From Paraspadella gotoi (lineage: Eukaryota > Animalia > Chaetognatha): 64,000 nucleotides of DNA. The position numbers were made by a program, and so were the translations under genes. The notes beneath the pieces were generated by a model. That model was given only the letters and a program-made list of their open reading frames with translations, searched no databases and was not told the origin of the DNA. Below are positions 13,397 to 24,184 of this stretch, piece by piece. The stretch lies in the NCBI GenBank assembly GCA_051294375.1, contig CM119267.1:12533081-12597080 (forward strand), written 5' to 3'. Each line of letters begins with the position of its first letter. Position 1 is the first letter of the stretch.

Positions 13397-14365
13397 ATGA
13401 ATGAAAAAAAGAAAGAAAGAAGTCAAAGAATAAAAGTACGTTTAAAAAAAAAAAAAAAAAAACAAGAAAAAACCAAAGAAACAAACAAGCAAAGAATGAA
13501 CCAGCTCGCCTAGATTCCGAAACATGTAATGGTTGAGATTTCTAACGGAACCCTCGCCGGCGTCGGTGTTGCCTTCGTATTGCCAGGCGTCGTTGCGGAG
13601 GCGTTGAGGATGATGGTGGAGGCGGATGGCGATGTTGTCGAAATGGAGGGGCAGGATGTTGTAGCCTGGTGATTGGTGAGTTCATCAAAGGTTGTGATTG
13701 GGAAATGATTGATAGGACGTTGCGGCTGATTTGTATCTTGTAGCTTCGCGAGATGATACGGGAAATTTTTTTTTTATTATAAAAAAAAAGACTGTATAGC
13801 TTTATGATTTATTCGAAGCCGAGCATTAAGACATGATCCACCAAAGAGTCAAAACGAAAAGGCCGATTGAAGAGACTCTACCAGCCAAAAAGAAACCAAT
13901 CAAGGAGGCAAATCGAAGAGTCTCACCTGTCACGAAGAGGCAAACAAAGGCAGCGATGAGACTTAGATGGAGAACGACAAAAATAAAAAAAGCGGCACAG
14001 GTGTAGTTGGCCAAGAATTTGGTCCATCTGGCGGAGAAAGTTCGAAAAAATTAATGAACGTTCAAAAATAACATTTAACAAAGTATTATGTACTGTAACA
14101 TATAACTAGTAGTCTAGTATTAAGGATTTTTATTGCTAGTAAGGTTAAGATCTATATATAGTATTATATAGACTGACAATCGAGTGACGACGCAATGCTT
14201 GGTCGATTCCTCTCGCGATTTGAGTGAGGCGGTGGACGCGGGAGAGTCAGAGGATGAGGATGAGGAAGAGGGGCTGGGCGAGCGGTAAGGCGGAGGTGGC
14301 GAGTCGTTCATGGCGGCCTCGAGGCTCGACGCTGAATCCGTCTCCGTTATTTTGCTCACGTTCAT
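3422..14365 (-). CDS. Dispatched-like (Patched/Dispatched RND, sterol-sensing domain) 12-TM protein with an inserted C-type lectin domain; 26 coding exons, about 1212 aa
   Basis: Manually spliced minus-strand exons with consistent phases: 14365-14178, 14027-13927, 13665-13510, 13228-13196, 13122-12994, 12910-12704, 11765-11522 (needs +1 nt), 11212-11162, 11078-10952, 10777-10597, 10532-10346, 10279-10248, 10181-10099, 9974-9844, 9704-9583, 9435-9260, 9065-8688, 8639-8620, 7752-7576, 7376-7285, 7180-7104, 6981-6844, 6517-6365, 6139-5987, 3789-3643, 3576-3422. RND motifs: TM4 LGIGADDIFVF, TM10 VGLAVDYTIHLAEAY. SSD segments RAGKSMMVTTLTSVAAF and ESFGVF. Dispatched-type loop motifs GNMFSRENL..E....Y..LC, D...PKSQVALWKAC..L, CFVE, PGVRF. 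Topology 1+5+1+5 TM. A CAG acceptor 3 nt before the ATG implies an unlocated upstream exon. Orthology (DISP1 vs DISP3 vs lineage paralogue) not determined. Confidence 0.9.
4142..4185 (-). ncRNA. Minimal type I hammerhead ribozyme motif (GUU site)
   Basis: Minus strand CG-CUGAUGA-AGGCUUGUAAAACAAGUC-GAAACAUGUU. Confidence 0.75.
5412..5454 (+). ncRNA. Minimal type I hammerhead ribozyme motif
   Basis: AACG-CUGAUGA-AGGCUUGUAAAACAAGUC-GAAACAUGUC-UGUU; all three stems present. Confidence 0.85.
5764..5827 (+). ncRNA. Twister ribozyme motif, type P5 (inverted copy of 3183-3245)
   Basis: UAUCUUG..GUG-AUGG-AGGUCU-UAA-ACC-ACC-CAA-GCCUG-UCCUAAGU-CAGG..CAAGAUA; one mismatch in pseudoknot T1. Confidence 0.6.
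7870..8595. mobile_element. MITE with long imperfect TIRs and 8-bp TSD (Mutator- or hAT-like), in intron 18
   Basis: TAAG...GTTA ends, inverted TAAGAGTTCTGTAATATAAA blocks, TSD ATATACAT on both sides (low-complexity context). Confidence 0.7.
8688..9065 (-). CDS. C-type lectin domain exon (exon 17) within the Dispatched-like gene
   Basis: Translation contains FEAAAARC..DGGRLA, SWIGV, WTNWADGQPD, C, WNEWNC and FICQ: the four core CTLD cysteines, a WIG motif, a QPD sugar motif and a WND-like WNE. 378-nt exon bounded by TAG acceptor and GTGAG donor, phase 1 at both ends. Confidence 0.92.
11964..12589 (+). mobile_element. Miniature non-coding two-LTR element (TRIM / LTR-retrozyme-like) with a twister ribozyme motif in LTR1; in intron 6 of the Dispatched-like gene, antisense
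   Basis: Direct repeats 11964-12201 and 12438-12589 (internally deleted), both TGTGGC...GTTGCCATA. PBS-like TGGTGAGCCC at 12204, 2 nt after LTR1. Weak purine tract GGGGA before LTR2. Flanks TTAC/ATAC (3 of 4 match). Confidence 0.75.
12069..12149 (+). ncRNA. Twister ribozyme motif, type P5 (partly decayed)
   Basis: GUUGGC..GACCG-UACUAGGG-UAA-CCAC-GCC-[AGUGAC/GUCACU]-GAGGG-UCGGAAGA-CCCC..GCCAAC; T1 CCG/CGG. Confidence 0.7.
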
Positions 14366-15267
14366 TGGCTGAGATTGTTCTTTTTAAAATTTTTAACTGA
14401 CCAAGTGTTTTTATTAACGAGAGAATAAACTTTAAAAACACATGAAATAGAGAAAGGCCGTCAACTGCTGAGATTATTCCATTATTTCCCGAAGACTACT
14501 CTAGCCATCATATTATTAATATATAAAATGAAACAGATAAAGTTGATATTTATGTAAAATATAATAAACATTTTATATTCTTTTCAAAATTTAGTATAAT
14601 ATAATAAAACAATTAATTTCGCAATTATGAACAAGAGGAAATAATAATAATAATCCTCTAATCTCAAACACAACGAATTGAAAGAAAATTATACAATAAT
14701 GAAGAAATAACGAGAGACGACGAAGCGAATGATGAGTCATCGACGTGGCATTCCTTCATTTTTGGGCGGGTTCTCGCGTTCTCGCGTTCTCGCTCACGCC
14801 GGGAGAGAGAGAAAAGAAATATATATGGAAGTTGTTCATAACGACAACGACGACGACGAAGACGAAGACGAAAACAACCGCTATAACGGAATGAAAGGGA
14901 CCGAGGAAGAGACGCGCCAGGTTTCGTGACCTGAACTCGTCTCTTTCTTTTGAAATCGAAATTCGACGCAAAACAAAAAAAAAAAAAAACAAAAAAAAGG
15001 AAGAAAAAAAATAGAGCACGCAATCTCTTTTTTTACATTTCTGAACCTGGTCGCCCAGTTGAAAGAACAGGGTAAAAGTACATCCAGAAACAGCAGCGTA
15101 TAGAACAGTCGCGAATGTTTTAAGTTTCATTTATATTTCAACGCACTCGAGTAAATACTATACTTCAAAAGATATAAAATAAAATATTATTGGAAAAAAT
15201 TTTTCATTAAGACGCAATGAACAGTCTCATAGAAAATAAAAATATGCAGGCGAAAAAAATGTCACTA

Positions 15268-15524
15268 TGTGGCAGCAAGACTTAAAGCTGCCTCACTGCT
15301 GTCCGTCCTCAGCCTCGTCTCAATGGCTGAGCAGGCTAAATCATCTCATTCCATCCGTGCGTCCCGGGTTCAATCCCTGGGTATCCCTGTTCTGGCTTAA
15401 ATGTGACGGTGCCGGTATAAACATGCCAGTGACAGGAGGCGGTCACTGAGGGTCCGCAGCCCCTACGCCAGTTGGTGAGATACCCCGCGCCCCGGGTATC
15501 ACAGGCTATCCTCCCATTGCCATA
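15268..15524 (+). mobile_element. Solo LTR-like unit with tRNA-like A/B boxes and twister motif
   Basis: TGTGGCA...TTGCCATA termini, exact 4-bp TSD ACTA, A-box-like TGGCTGAGCAGG, B-box GGGTTCAATCCC; 3' half homologous to 11964-12201. Confidence 0.8.
15392..15471 (+). ncRNA. Twister ribozyme motif, type P5 (well preserved)
   Basis: CUGGC..AUGU-GACGG-UGCCGGUA-UAA-ACAU-GCC-[AGUGAC/GUCACU]-GAGGG-UCCGCAGC-CCCU..GCCAG; perfect P2 AUGU/ACAU, T1 CGG/CCG, T2 GC/GC. Confidence 0.8.
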
Positions 15525-16060
15525 ACTATTGATTATATTTTTTTAAAGTATCTCATTTTTGGTCATTACTTCCTGTAGCAAAATTAATGCAAAATATCTT
15601 AAAACTCTCAAGATACAGTTAAATACATAAATGCCGACAGAATTTGAACTAAAAATAAGATTAGTTTCATTTCATTTTATTTTAAATTAGATGTACCAAT
15701 TTCCAATAATAAGTGCGCAATATATTTATTAAAAAACAATGCAGTCAGACTCTCCTCTATTTAAGCTGTCGTTTAATATAAAGAAAATCAAATATTTGTC
15801 TGTCCATCAGTCTGTCTGTTCGTCCTTCCACGTTTAGCTTTAAAGTCCAATTACTTATGTTTGGATGAATCAATTGAGTTGAAATTTTGTCTGTGGAAAT
15901 CCAGTTTCAATGGAATCAAGCTAGTGAAAATATTTTTAAATAGAAAAATAAGAAATCAATTTTAATTTTTTAATTGTGATATAAATCCTTTCTTTTCGTT
16001 GTTTGGGACGATTAGAGACAGTTTGAGTTTAGTTTTGACAACGATTTTTATTTAATTCAA

Positions 16061-16102
16061 AACAGACATGTTTCGGCTTCATTTCAAGCCTTCATCAGCG
16101 TT
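16061..16102 (-). ncRNA. Minimal type I hammerhead ribozyme motif in a short PLE fragment
   Basis: Minus strand AACG-CUGAUGA-AGGCUUGAAAUGAAGCC-GAAACAUGUC-UGUU. Confidence 0.85.
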
Positions 16103-16395
16103 ATTAAAAAAAAAGATTGTCTTTGCGATCTTGCTGATGACCAACGGTACTAATGGTGAAGAAAGCCTAAGTTCGGTCGAACGTAAGGCATATGTTAGCG
16201 ATCAGAGAGATGGTAACAAGATGAGGAATTATGTAAGAGAGGAGCGTGAATAAGTTTTGAGAAAAAAAAAAACAAAAAAAGAATGTTTCTCCCGTCGTTG
16301 TTTCGCGATTCGACAATCGCCTTTTCTCATTCATATTATCTTCTCAGTTGATTTGTTGCAGATCTTTTTCATTTTTCAGGATCCTTTTTTGTCTT

Positions 16396-16501
<106 letters not shown>

Positions 16502-17728
16502 CGAAGGACGTATAAAACCGGTTTGTTCAACTCACGAGTTATTTACCTAAGATTTAAAGTTAAAAAAAAGGTGATTCGAAAACCCGGGATCGAAAAAGAA
16601 GAACTCGTTCTGGAAACTCGGAGAGAGAGAAAAGACAAACAGAAAACTGAATTAGCTGCGTAACAAATTTTCAAAATTTTCCTCGGTATTTGACATCAAT
16701 GAGAAAATTCCATATTCTATAATATTTATTACCTCCTATATATTTTATATTTAATACATAAAAATAAAAGTGAAAACAAAAAAAAAAGGAGGTTCAGTTC
16801 TTTTGTTGTAGTTTTATGAAAGGAGGTCAGAGTTGAGGAGAACTAAGATTCTCTCTGTCTTTCGCGTCTTTTTCTGTCCCTCCCTCTCCCTCTCCCTCTC
16901 TTTCCTCCACTCTTTCTCCCCCTTCCCTTCTTCTTCCCTGTTTCTGCCTCTCCCTCTCCCTCTNNNNNNNNNNNNNNNNNNNNNNNNNNNNNNNNNNNNN
17001 NNNNNNNNNNNNNNNNNNNNNNNNNNNNNNNNNNNNNNNNNNNNNNNNNNNNNNNNNNNNNNNNNNNNNNNNNNNNNNNNNNNNNNNNNNNNNNNNNNNN
17101 NNNNNNNNNNNNNNNNNNNNNNNNNNNNNNNNNNNNNNNNNNNNNNNNNNNNNNNNNNNNNNNNNNNNNNNNNNNNNNNNNNNNNNNNNNGAGAGAGAGA
17201 GAGAGAGTCTCTTAGCCACGTCAAAAACGGTGGGAGTGATTACCGTAATATGTCGACCCGAGTGTCGGATTTAACCCCGATGCGCCGCTCGAGTGATTTC
17301 AACGCCTCAACTTCTTTTTAATAAGTTACCCAAGGAGCAATAAAAATAGTTTTTATTGAGATCTTCACCGTCGACATACTTTTTCATGGAATTATATCTC
17401 TTGAAATGGTTAAGTAGACTCGCCAGATTCAAGCCCGTCGGTCTGATTATCTAACGATTATCTCATAATATAATAATAATCTAATAATCATAATGATCTT
17501 CGTAAAGGTGGAAATTACCAAAGAAAAATCATGTTTCGAATCATTTCTCCTTAGTCTAAGGCTTAGATCTCACCTCCAGAACCGTTCTCCTCCCCTCGAT
17601 GCGCCTCTTCGGTCGCTTCGGTCGGCCGTGACGTGACGGAGAATCGGACCGCGTCGCGACTCAATCCTCCTTCTATGCAAATTCGACGCCATTTCCTCTG
17701 ACTATTAATGAGAGGAAAGACATCGGGA

Positions 17729-20700
17729 AAAAATCACCCGTGAAGATTTTATATGATTTTATGTGGAGGAGACGGCGGAGAGGGGAAAAAGGAATCCGGT
17801 TCATAATAGTATTGATAATGAGAAAAAGAAGAGATTTTTGGTACAATTTTTAATACAGTGTGTACCATTGGTTATACCGTCGGTTATTTCAAAGTTTTCA
17901 TTAAAACGCTGTCATTGTAATTAACCGCGAGTTGAATGTCATAATTAGGGGTAGCCGCACTCAATGGGGTGAGTCAAAAATCTAGATGGAGTACATGCTT
18001 TATGGCTCTATTATACCCTAGGCCTATACCATAGTAATTATTTTTTTAATATTATTTAAAGATAGGAAATGCCAAAAAAATTTTCTGAAATTTTAAATTT
18101 TAAGACCAGATTCAGATAGCTTATAAAAAGTTGTCTTCACAAAGTATAATCTTTTTTAAATATTTTTATGGAAAGTTTTTTTATATTTTTAATTAAAAAC
18201 GTAATAGTTTTTAAAAGCTGTAATTATATTTCTTGATCAATTTTTTATGCCTTATCAGAATCCATCACAAAATTTTAAGATTCAAAAAAAAATGTTTTCT
18301 ATATAGTAATGTTCTGGTGTCCTATTATAGATTAAAGCTGTTTGTGGCGCCATGTAAAACCAGCTCCTTCAATAAACTTATTTTAATATATAACCCAAAA
18401 AAATTTTTAATACTATAATCTATAGATTATTAACATTTAAATTTCATCGGCTATCATAATGAGCGCATTTCGCCAAATAAACTCTCTGCCTTCCCTTCAC
18501 TCTTTAGTTGCGCCGCGAGTACTCGCGGAGCAACTTTATAAGTCACTTTTCGGTCGGTCTGTCGGTCGGTCGGTATGTCTGTCCGTCGGTCTGTCCCACT
18601 TTAATTAAAAATGCATATAATTTCCCATAGTTGGTTGCTCATTTGTTAAGACAGAAAAAAACCTTAAATCTAAAGGACTGCTAGCGCCGCCTCAGGAAAT
18701 CTATAAAACTATAAGGATAAAAGACGTTTATGATTACAATTACAATTTGATGCAGTTGCATCTCATAAATACATGGGCTAAGAAAGGTTTTTAGTCATGT
18801 CATTTCATATCATGTCATATCATATGATCAGAAAGGCCAATGACACGTGAAAATAAAGTCACTGCGGCGCAACACATTATATGAATTGATCTTGTTTCCT
18901 ATTCTATCTCTCTCTATCTCTGTCTCTCTGTCTCTCTCTTTCTCCAACCTCTTCCTTTCTATCCTCTCCTTCTCATTTCTCTTTCTTCTTCTCCCTCTAC
19001 CTTTTCCTTCCTCCCTGCCTCCTCCTTGCCCTCTTCCCCACTCCCTTCCTCCCCCTCTCTTCCTCTCACCCTTCCCCTCCCTCGCCCGACCAAATCGCAC
19101 CAAATGAATGTGGGAGTGGCCGCCAGAGGCTAACAAAGGAATGATTTAAAAAGCGATAAAAATGGCGACTTTATTGAGTCTTTTTTTCCATATCTCCTTT
19201 GTCTCTCTCGAGGGTTTCGAGGATGATGAATATTAGAAAATATATTTGTGGGTTAAAAGAGATAGCGAGAGCGAGAGAGAGAGAGAGAGAGAGAGGCGCG
19301 AATAAAATCACTAAAACAGTTCAGATCTTATTTCTTTGTTTTTCTTGGCATAATTACTTTTTCATGCAGGAAAGGAAGAGGATATTGAATATATGGTACT
19401 GGGTCAGAACGAGGATGAGACGAAGACAGAATTGAGATGGAAAGAGAATGGAACCGCGATGTATGCAAGATGAGACTGGGTTCAAATACATTTTTTTCTT
19501 CATTTATCATCGTTTGTTCCGGGATTTTTAAACTTTTAATAAGAAGATTTTATATATTCTCTGACAACTGCCTCCGGGAATGTCTTTATCTAAGCTTCCT
19601 TCTTCATCGTATGGTCGCGAGAGAAGCCGGTTACTAACTCTCGCACTTTCTCTCCTTCTTTCCCTCTCTCTTTCTCTCTTCCTTAACCAGGATCGCATTC
19701 TCTTGTTCAGTCTCATCTCAATATCATGTTCCTGTTATTTTAACCTGCCAATAAACCTATATTATGTGCCTCTACACTTCCTCACTTCTCGGTTTCTGCG
19801 ATGTTCTTCAATTTTCTTGTTCCTACATTTTTCTATTGTCCTTTTTTATTCCCTTTTTTCTCAGGATCATCTTTTTTTTCCTCTTTTCAATCGAGTTCTC
19901 TTTTTTTGAATTGATTCGTTTCGTGAAGTGAAATGGCAATGACGCTCTCTCTCNNNNNNNNNNNNNNNNNNNNNNNNNGAAAAAACACCCGTGAAGGATT
20001 TTTATATGATTTATGTGGAGGAACGGCGGAGAGGGGGGAAAAAAGGAATCCGTTCATAATAGTATTGATAATGAGAAAAAAGAAGAGGATTTTTGGTACA
20101 ATTTTATACAGGTTACCATTGGTTATACCGTCGTTATTTCAAAGTTTTCATTAAAACGCTGTCATTGTTGTAATTAACCGCGATTGAATGTCATAATTAG
20201 GGTAGACCGCACTCAAATGGGGAGTGAGTCAAAAAATTAGAGTGAGTACATGCTTTATGGCTCTATTACCCTAGGCCTATACCATAGTAATTATTTAAAT
20301 ATTTATTTTTAAAGAATAGGAAATGCCAAAAAAAATTTTTCTGAAATCTTTAAGATTTTAAAGACCAGATTCAGATAGCTTATAAAAAGTTGTCTTCACA
20401 AAGTATAATTCTTTTTTTAAATTATTTATGGAAAGTTTTTTTTATTTTTAATTAGAAAACTAATAGTTTTAAAAGCTTAATTATATTTCTTGATCATTTT
20501 TTATGCTCTTATTTCAAGAATCCCATCACAAAATTTTAAGATTTCAAAAAAAAATGTTTTTCTATATAGTAAATGTTTTGGTGGTCTATTATAGATCTTT
20601 AAGCTGTTTGTGGCGCCATGTAAAACCAGCCTCCTTCAATAAACTTATTTAATAGGATAGTACCTCAGAAGAAAGGCATTTTTAACCAAAAAAATTTTAA

Positions 20701-22320
20701 ATACTATAATCTATAAGATTATTAACATTTAAATTTCATCGGCTATCATAATGAGCTCCATTCGCCAAATAAACTCTTCTGCCTTCCCTTCACTTCTTTT
20801 TAGTTGCGCCGCGAGTACTCGCGGAGCAACTTTAATTAAGTCACTTTTCGGTCGGCTGTCGGGTCGGTCGGTATTGTCTGTCCCGTCGCGTTCTGTCCCA
20901 CTTTAATTTAAAATCAATAATTTCCCATAGTTGGTTGCTCATTTTGTTAAGACAGAAAAAAACCTTAAATCTAAAGGGACTGCTAGCGCCGCCTTCAGGA
21001 AATCTATAAAACTATAAGGATAAAAGACCGTTTATTGATTACAATTACAATTTGATGGCAGTGCATCTCATAAATACATGGGCTAAGAAAGGTTTTTAGT
21101 CATGTCATTCATATCATTCATATTCAATATGGATCAAAAGGCAATACACGTGAAAAAAGTCACTGCGGCGCAACACATTATATGAAATTTGATCTTGTTT
21201 TCCTATTCTATCTCTCTCTATCTCTGTCTCCTGATCTCTCTCTTATCTCCAACCTCTTCTTTCTAATCCTCTCCTTCTCATTCTCTTTCTTCTTCTCCTC
21301 ACTTTTCCTTCCTCCCTTCCTTCCTCCTTGCCCTCTCCCCACTCCCTTCCTACCCCCTCTCTTCCTCTCACCCTTCCCCTCCCTTCCTCGCCCGAACCAA
21401 ATTCGCACCAAAATGAAAATGAGCTGAGGTGAGTGGCCCGCCAGAGGCTAACAAAGGAATGATCTTAAAAAAGCGAAATTTAAAAATGGCCGCGGACTTT
21501 TATGAGTCTTTATTTTTCCATATCCTCCTTTGTCTTCTCTCGAGGGTTTCCGAGGATGATGAATATTTAGAAAAATATAATATTTGTGGGGTTTAAAAAG
21601 AGATAGCCTAGAGCGAGAGCGAGAGAGAGAGAGAGAGAGGAGAAGAGAGGCGCGAATAAAATCACTAAAACAGTCAGATTCTATTTCTTGTTTTTCTTGG
21701 CATAATTACTTTTCATGCAGGAAAGGAAGGAGGATATTGAATATATGTACTGGTCAGAACGAGGATGAGACGAAGACAGAAATTGGGATGGAAAGAGAAT
21801 GGAACCGCGATGTATGCAAGATGAGACTGGGTTCAAAATACATTTTTTTCTTCATTTATCATCGTTTTGTTCCGGGATTTTTAAACTTTAATAAGAAGAT
21901 TTTATATATTTTCTCTGACAACTGCCTCCGGGAATGTCTTTATCTAAGCTTCCTTCTTCATCGTATGGTCGCGAGAGAAGCCGCGTTACTAACTCTCGCC
22001 ACTTTCTCTCCTTCTTTCCCTCTCTCTTTCTCTTTCCTTAACCAGGGTCGCATTCTCTTGTTCAGTCTTATCTCAATTATCATGTTCCTGTTATTTTAAC
22101 CTGCCAATAAACCTATATTATGTGCCTCTACACTTCCTCACTTCTCGGTTTCTGCGATGTTCTTCAATTTTCTTGTTTCCTACATTTTTCTATTGTCCTT
22201 TTTTATTCCCTTTTTTCTCAGGATCATCTTTTTTTTTTCCTCTTTTCAATCGAGTTTCTCTTTTTTTGAATTGATTCGTTTCGTGAAGTGAAATGGCAAT
22301 TGATGCTCTCTCTCTCTCCT
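17729..22320. repeat. About 2.25-kb tandem duplication across a 25-N gap (17729-19953 vs 19979-22320), probable assembly artefact
   Basis: Copies are colinear and differ mostly by 1-nt indels. Confidence 0.85.
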
Positions 22321-22698
22321 CTCTTCTCTCTCTTTCACTCTCTCTCTCTCTCATGCGAACATTTGTTTCTTTTTTCTCTCTTTTCAATCGAGTCTCTTTT
22401 TTTTGAATTAATTCGTTTTGTGAAGTAAAATGGCAATGACGCTCTCTTCTCTCTCTCTCTTCTCTCTCTCTTTCTCTCATGTGAACTTTGTTTCTTTTTT
22501 CTCTCTTTTCAATCGAGTTCTTCTTTTTTTAATTCATTCATTTCGTTAAGTGAAATAGCAATGACGCTCTCTCTCTCTCTCTCTCTTTCCACTCTCCTCT
22601 CTCTCTCTCATGTGAACATTTGTTTCTTTTTTCTCTCTTTTCAATCGAGTTCTCTTTTTTGAATTCATTTCGTTTTATGAAGTAAAATGGCAATGACG

Positions 22699-22732
<34 letters not shown>

Positions 22733-23215
22733 ATGTGAACATTTGTTTTTTTTTCTCTCTTTTTTTTAATTCATTCGTTTCGTGAAGTGAAATGGCAATG
22801 ACGCGCTCCCCTCTTCTCATGTGAACATTTGTTTCTTTTTTCTCTTTTCAATCGATCTCTTTTTTTTAATTCATTCGTTTTGTTAAGTGAAATAGCAATG
22901 ACGCTCTCTCTTTCTCTTTCACTCTCTCTCTCTCTTTCTCTCTCTCCTATGTGAACATTTGTTTCTTTTTTCTCTCTTTTCAATCGAGTTCTCTTTTTTT
23001 TAATTCATTGTTTCGTTAAGTGAAATAGCAATGACGCTTCTCTCTCTCTCTTCACTCTCTCTCTCTCTCTCTCTCTCTAATGTGAAACATTTGTTTCTTT
23101 TTTCTCTCTTTTCAATCGAGTTCTCTTTTTTTGAATTCATTTTTCGTGAAGTGAAAATGGCCAATGACCGTCTCTCTCTCTCTCTCTCTCTCTCTTTTTC
23201 TCTCCCTCTCCAATG
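22205..23215. repeat. Tandem repeat, about 120-130 bp unit with embedded (CT)n
   Basis: About 8 copies of TTTTCAATCGAGTTCTC..GTGAAATGGCAATGACG(CT)nCATGTGAACATTTG. Confidence 0.9.
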
Positions 23216-23919
23216 TAAACAGTTGTTTCAATTCATATTAAGAAAACCTGTTCCCACAATGTAACCATTTCGAACAAGTAAACTCGATCGAACCGAAACC
23301 GAATTTCGAGAAGGTCAGGTCATGTAAGTTTTTCCTTCCCACCTCATTCGCCGTTTAGTACGAATCGTAAACAGAATTGGAGTCATAAAAGGCATCTGTT
23401 GTGACCGAAGTGAACTTACCCCCTTACCACCGTGTCCTCTTCCTTTGGAATCCCACCTGCTTCTTTGCATTTCCGTCGGTCCCTAGTCTCTTCCGGCCCC
23501 TTTGTCCCAACCCGGCCCGGCCTCGGGGCCCGCATTGTATGGGCGCGGCGCCGGTGGTGGGCTTGAAGTCACAACTCACAACCTCTGAAGACAATAAACT
23601 AAGACGTCCTTCATACGCTATATTACATTCTTCCCCTGGAAAATTCGTTTGTCTTTCTGCTATTTTTCTGCCTTTTGTTTTTTTATTATTTAACAGTTAA
23701 CACACACAAACAGGTAAACGTTTTACATGTAGTAAGACATTACCCATTACCAATAAAGCTTCAAATAAAGTTATTATTATTTCTTATCCTATAACGCTTC
23801 CGGGTCCACACATAGTTGCTAGTTTTCAGTAGCTTGCGATATATCGTCTAAATTTCTATCGAGGAAATGAAAGAAACCCACCTGAACGTACTTTTTTTTA
23901 ACTGACGTAAATTCTAGCC

Positions 23920-24184
23920 TATGGCAACAGCTGGGTTGGTTGTGATGCCCATTGGGATGGGACATCTCTCTGTTGGCTTTGGGGGCTTCCGACCCTCAGT
24001 GACGCCACCTGTCACTGGCGCGGTTAACCTAGGACGGATTCGCTTTGCACAGAGGGAAGTCATTAGGACTGTGGATGGAACGCAAAGCCCGGGATGGTGC
24101 GTTCCCATACTGAGCCAATGGGATTGGCTGAACGACGATGGATGTGAGGTGGTGTGAATAATATTCACTGAATATACCAACACA
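23920..24184 (-). mobile_element. Solo LTR of the 11964 family (A/B boxes plus twister motif)
   Basis: Reverse complement aligns over nearly its full length with 11964-12201 and 12438-12589; exact 4-bp TSD AGCC (23916-23919 / 24185-24188). Confidence 0.85.
23968..24053 (-). ncRNA. Twister ribozyme motif, type P5
   Basis: Minus strand GCGA-AUCCG-UCCUAGGU-UAA-CCGC-GCC-[AGUGAC/GUCACU]-GAGGG-UCGGAAGC-CCCC; T1 CCG/CGG. Confidence 0.7.

Noticed and set aside
15315-15385. tRNA genes at the A/B-box sites (also about 12000, 25620, 28200)
   Set aside because: No complete acceptor and anticodon stems; they are embedded in repeated LTR-like units.
22205-23215. Regularly spaced repeats as a CRISPR array
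   Set aside because: The whole unit repeats; there are no unique spacers.
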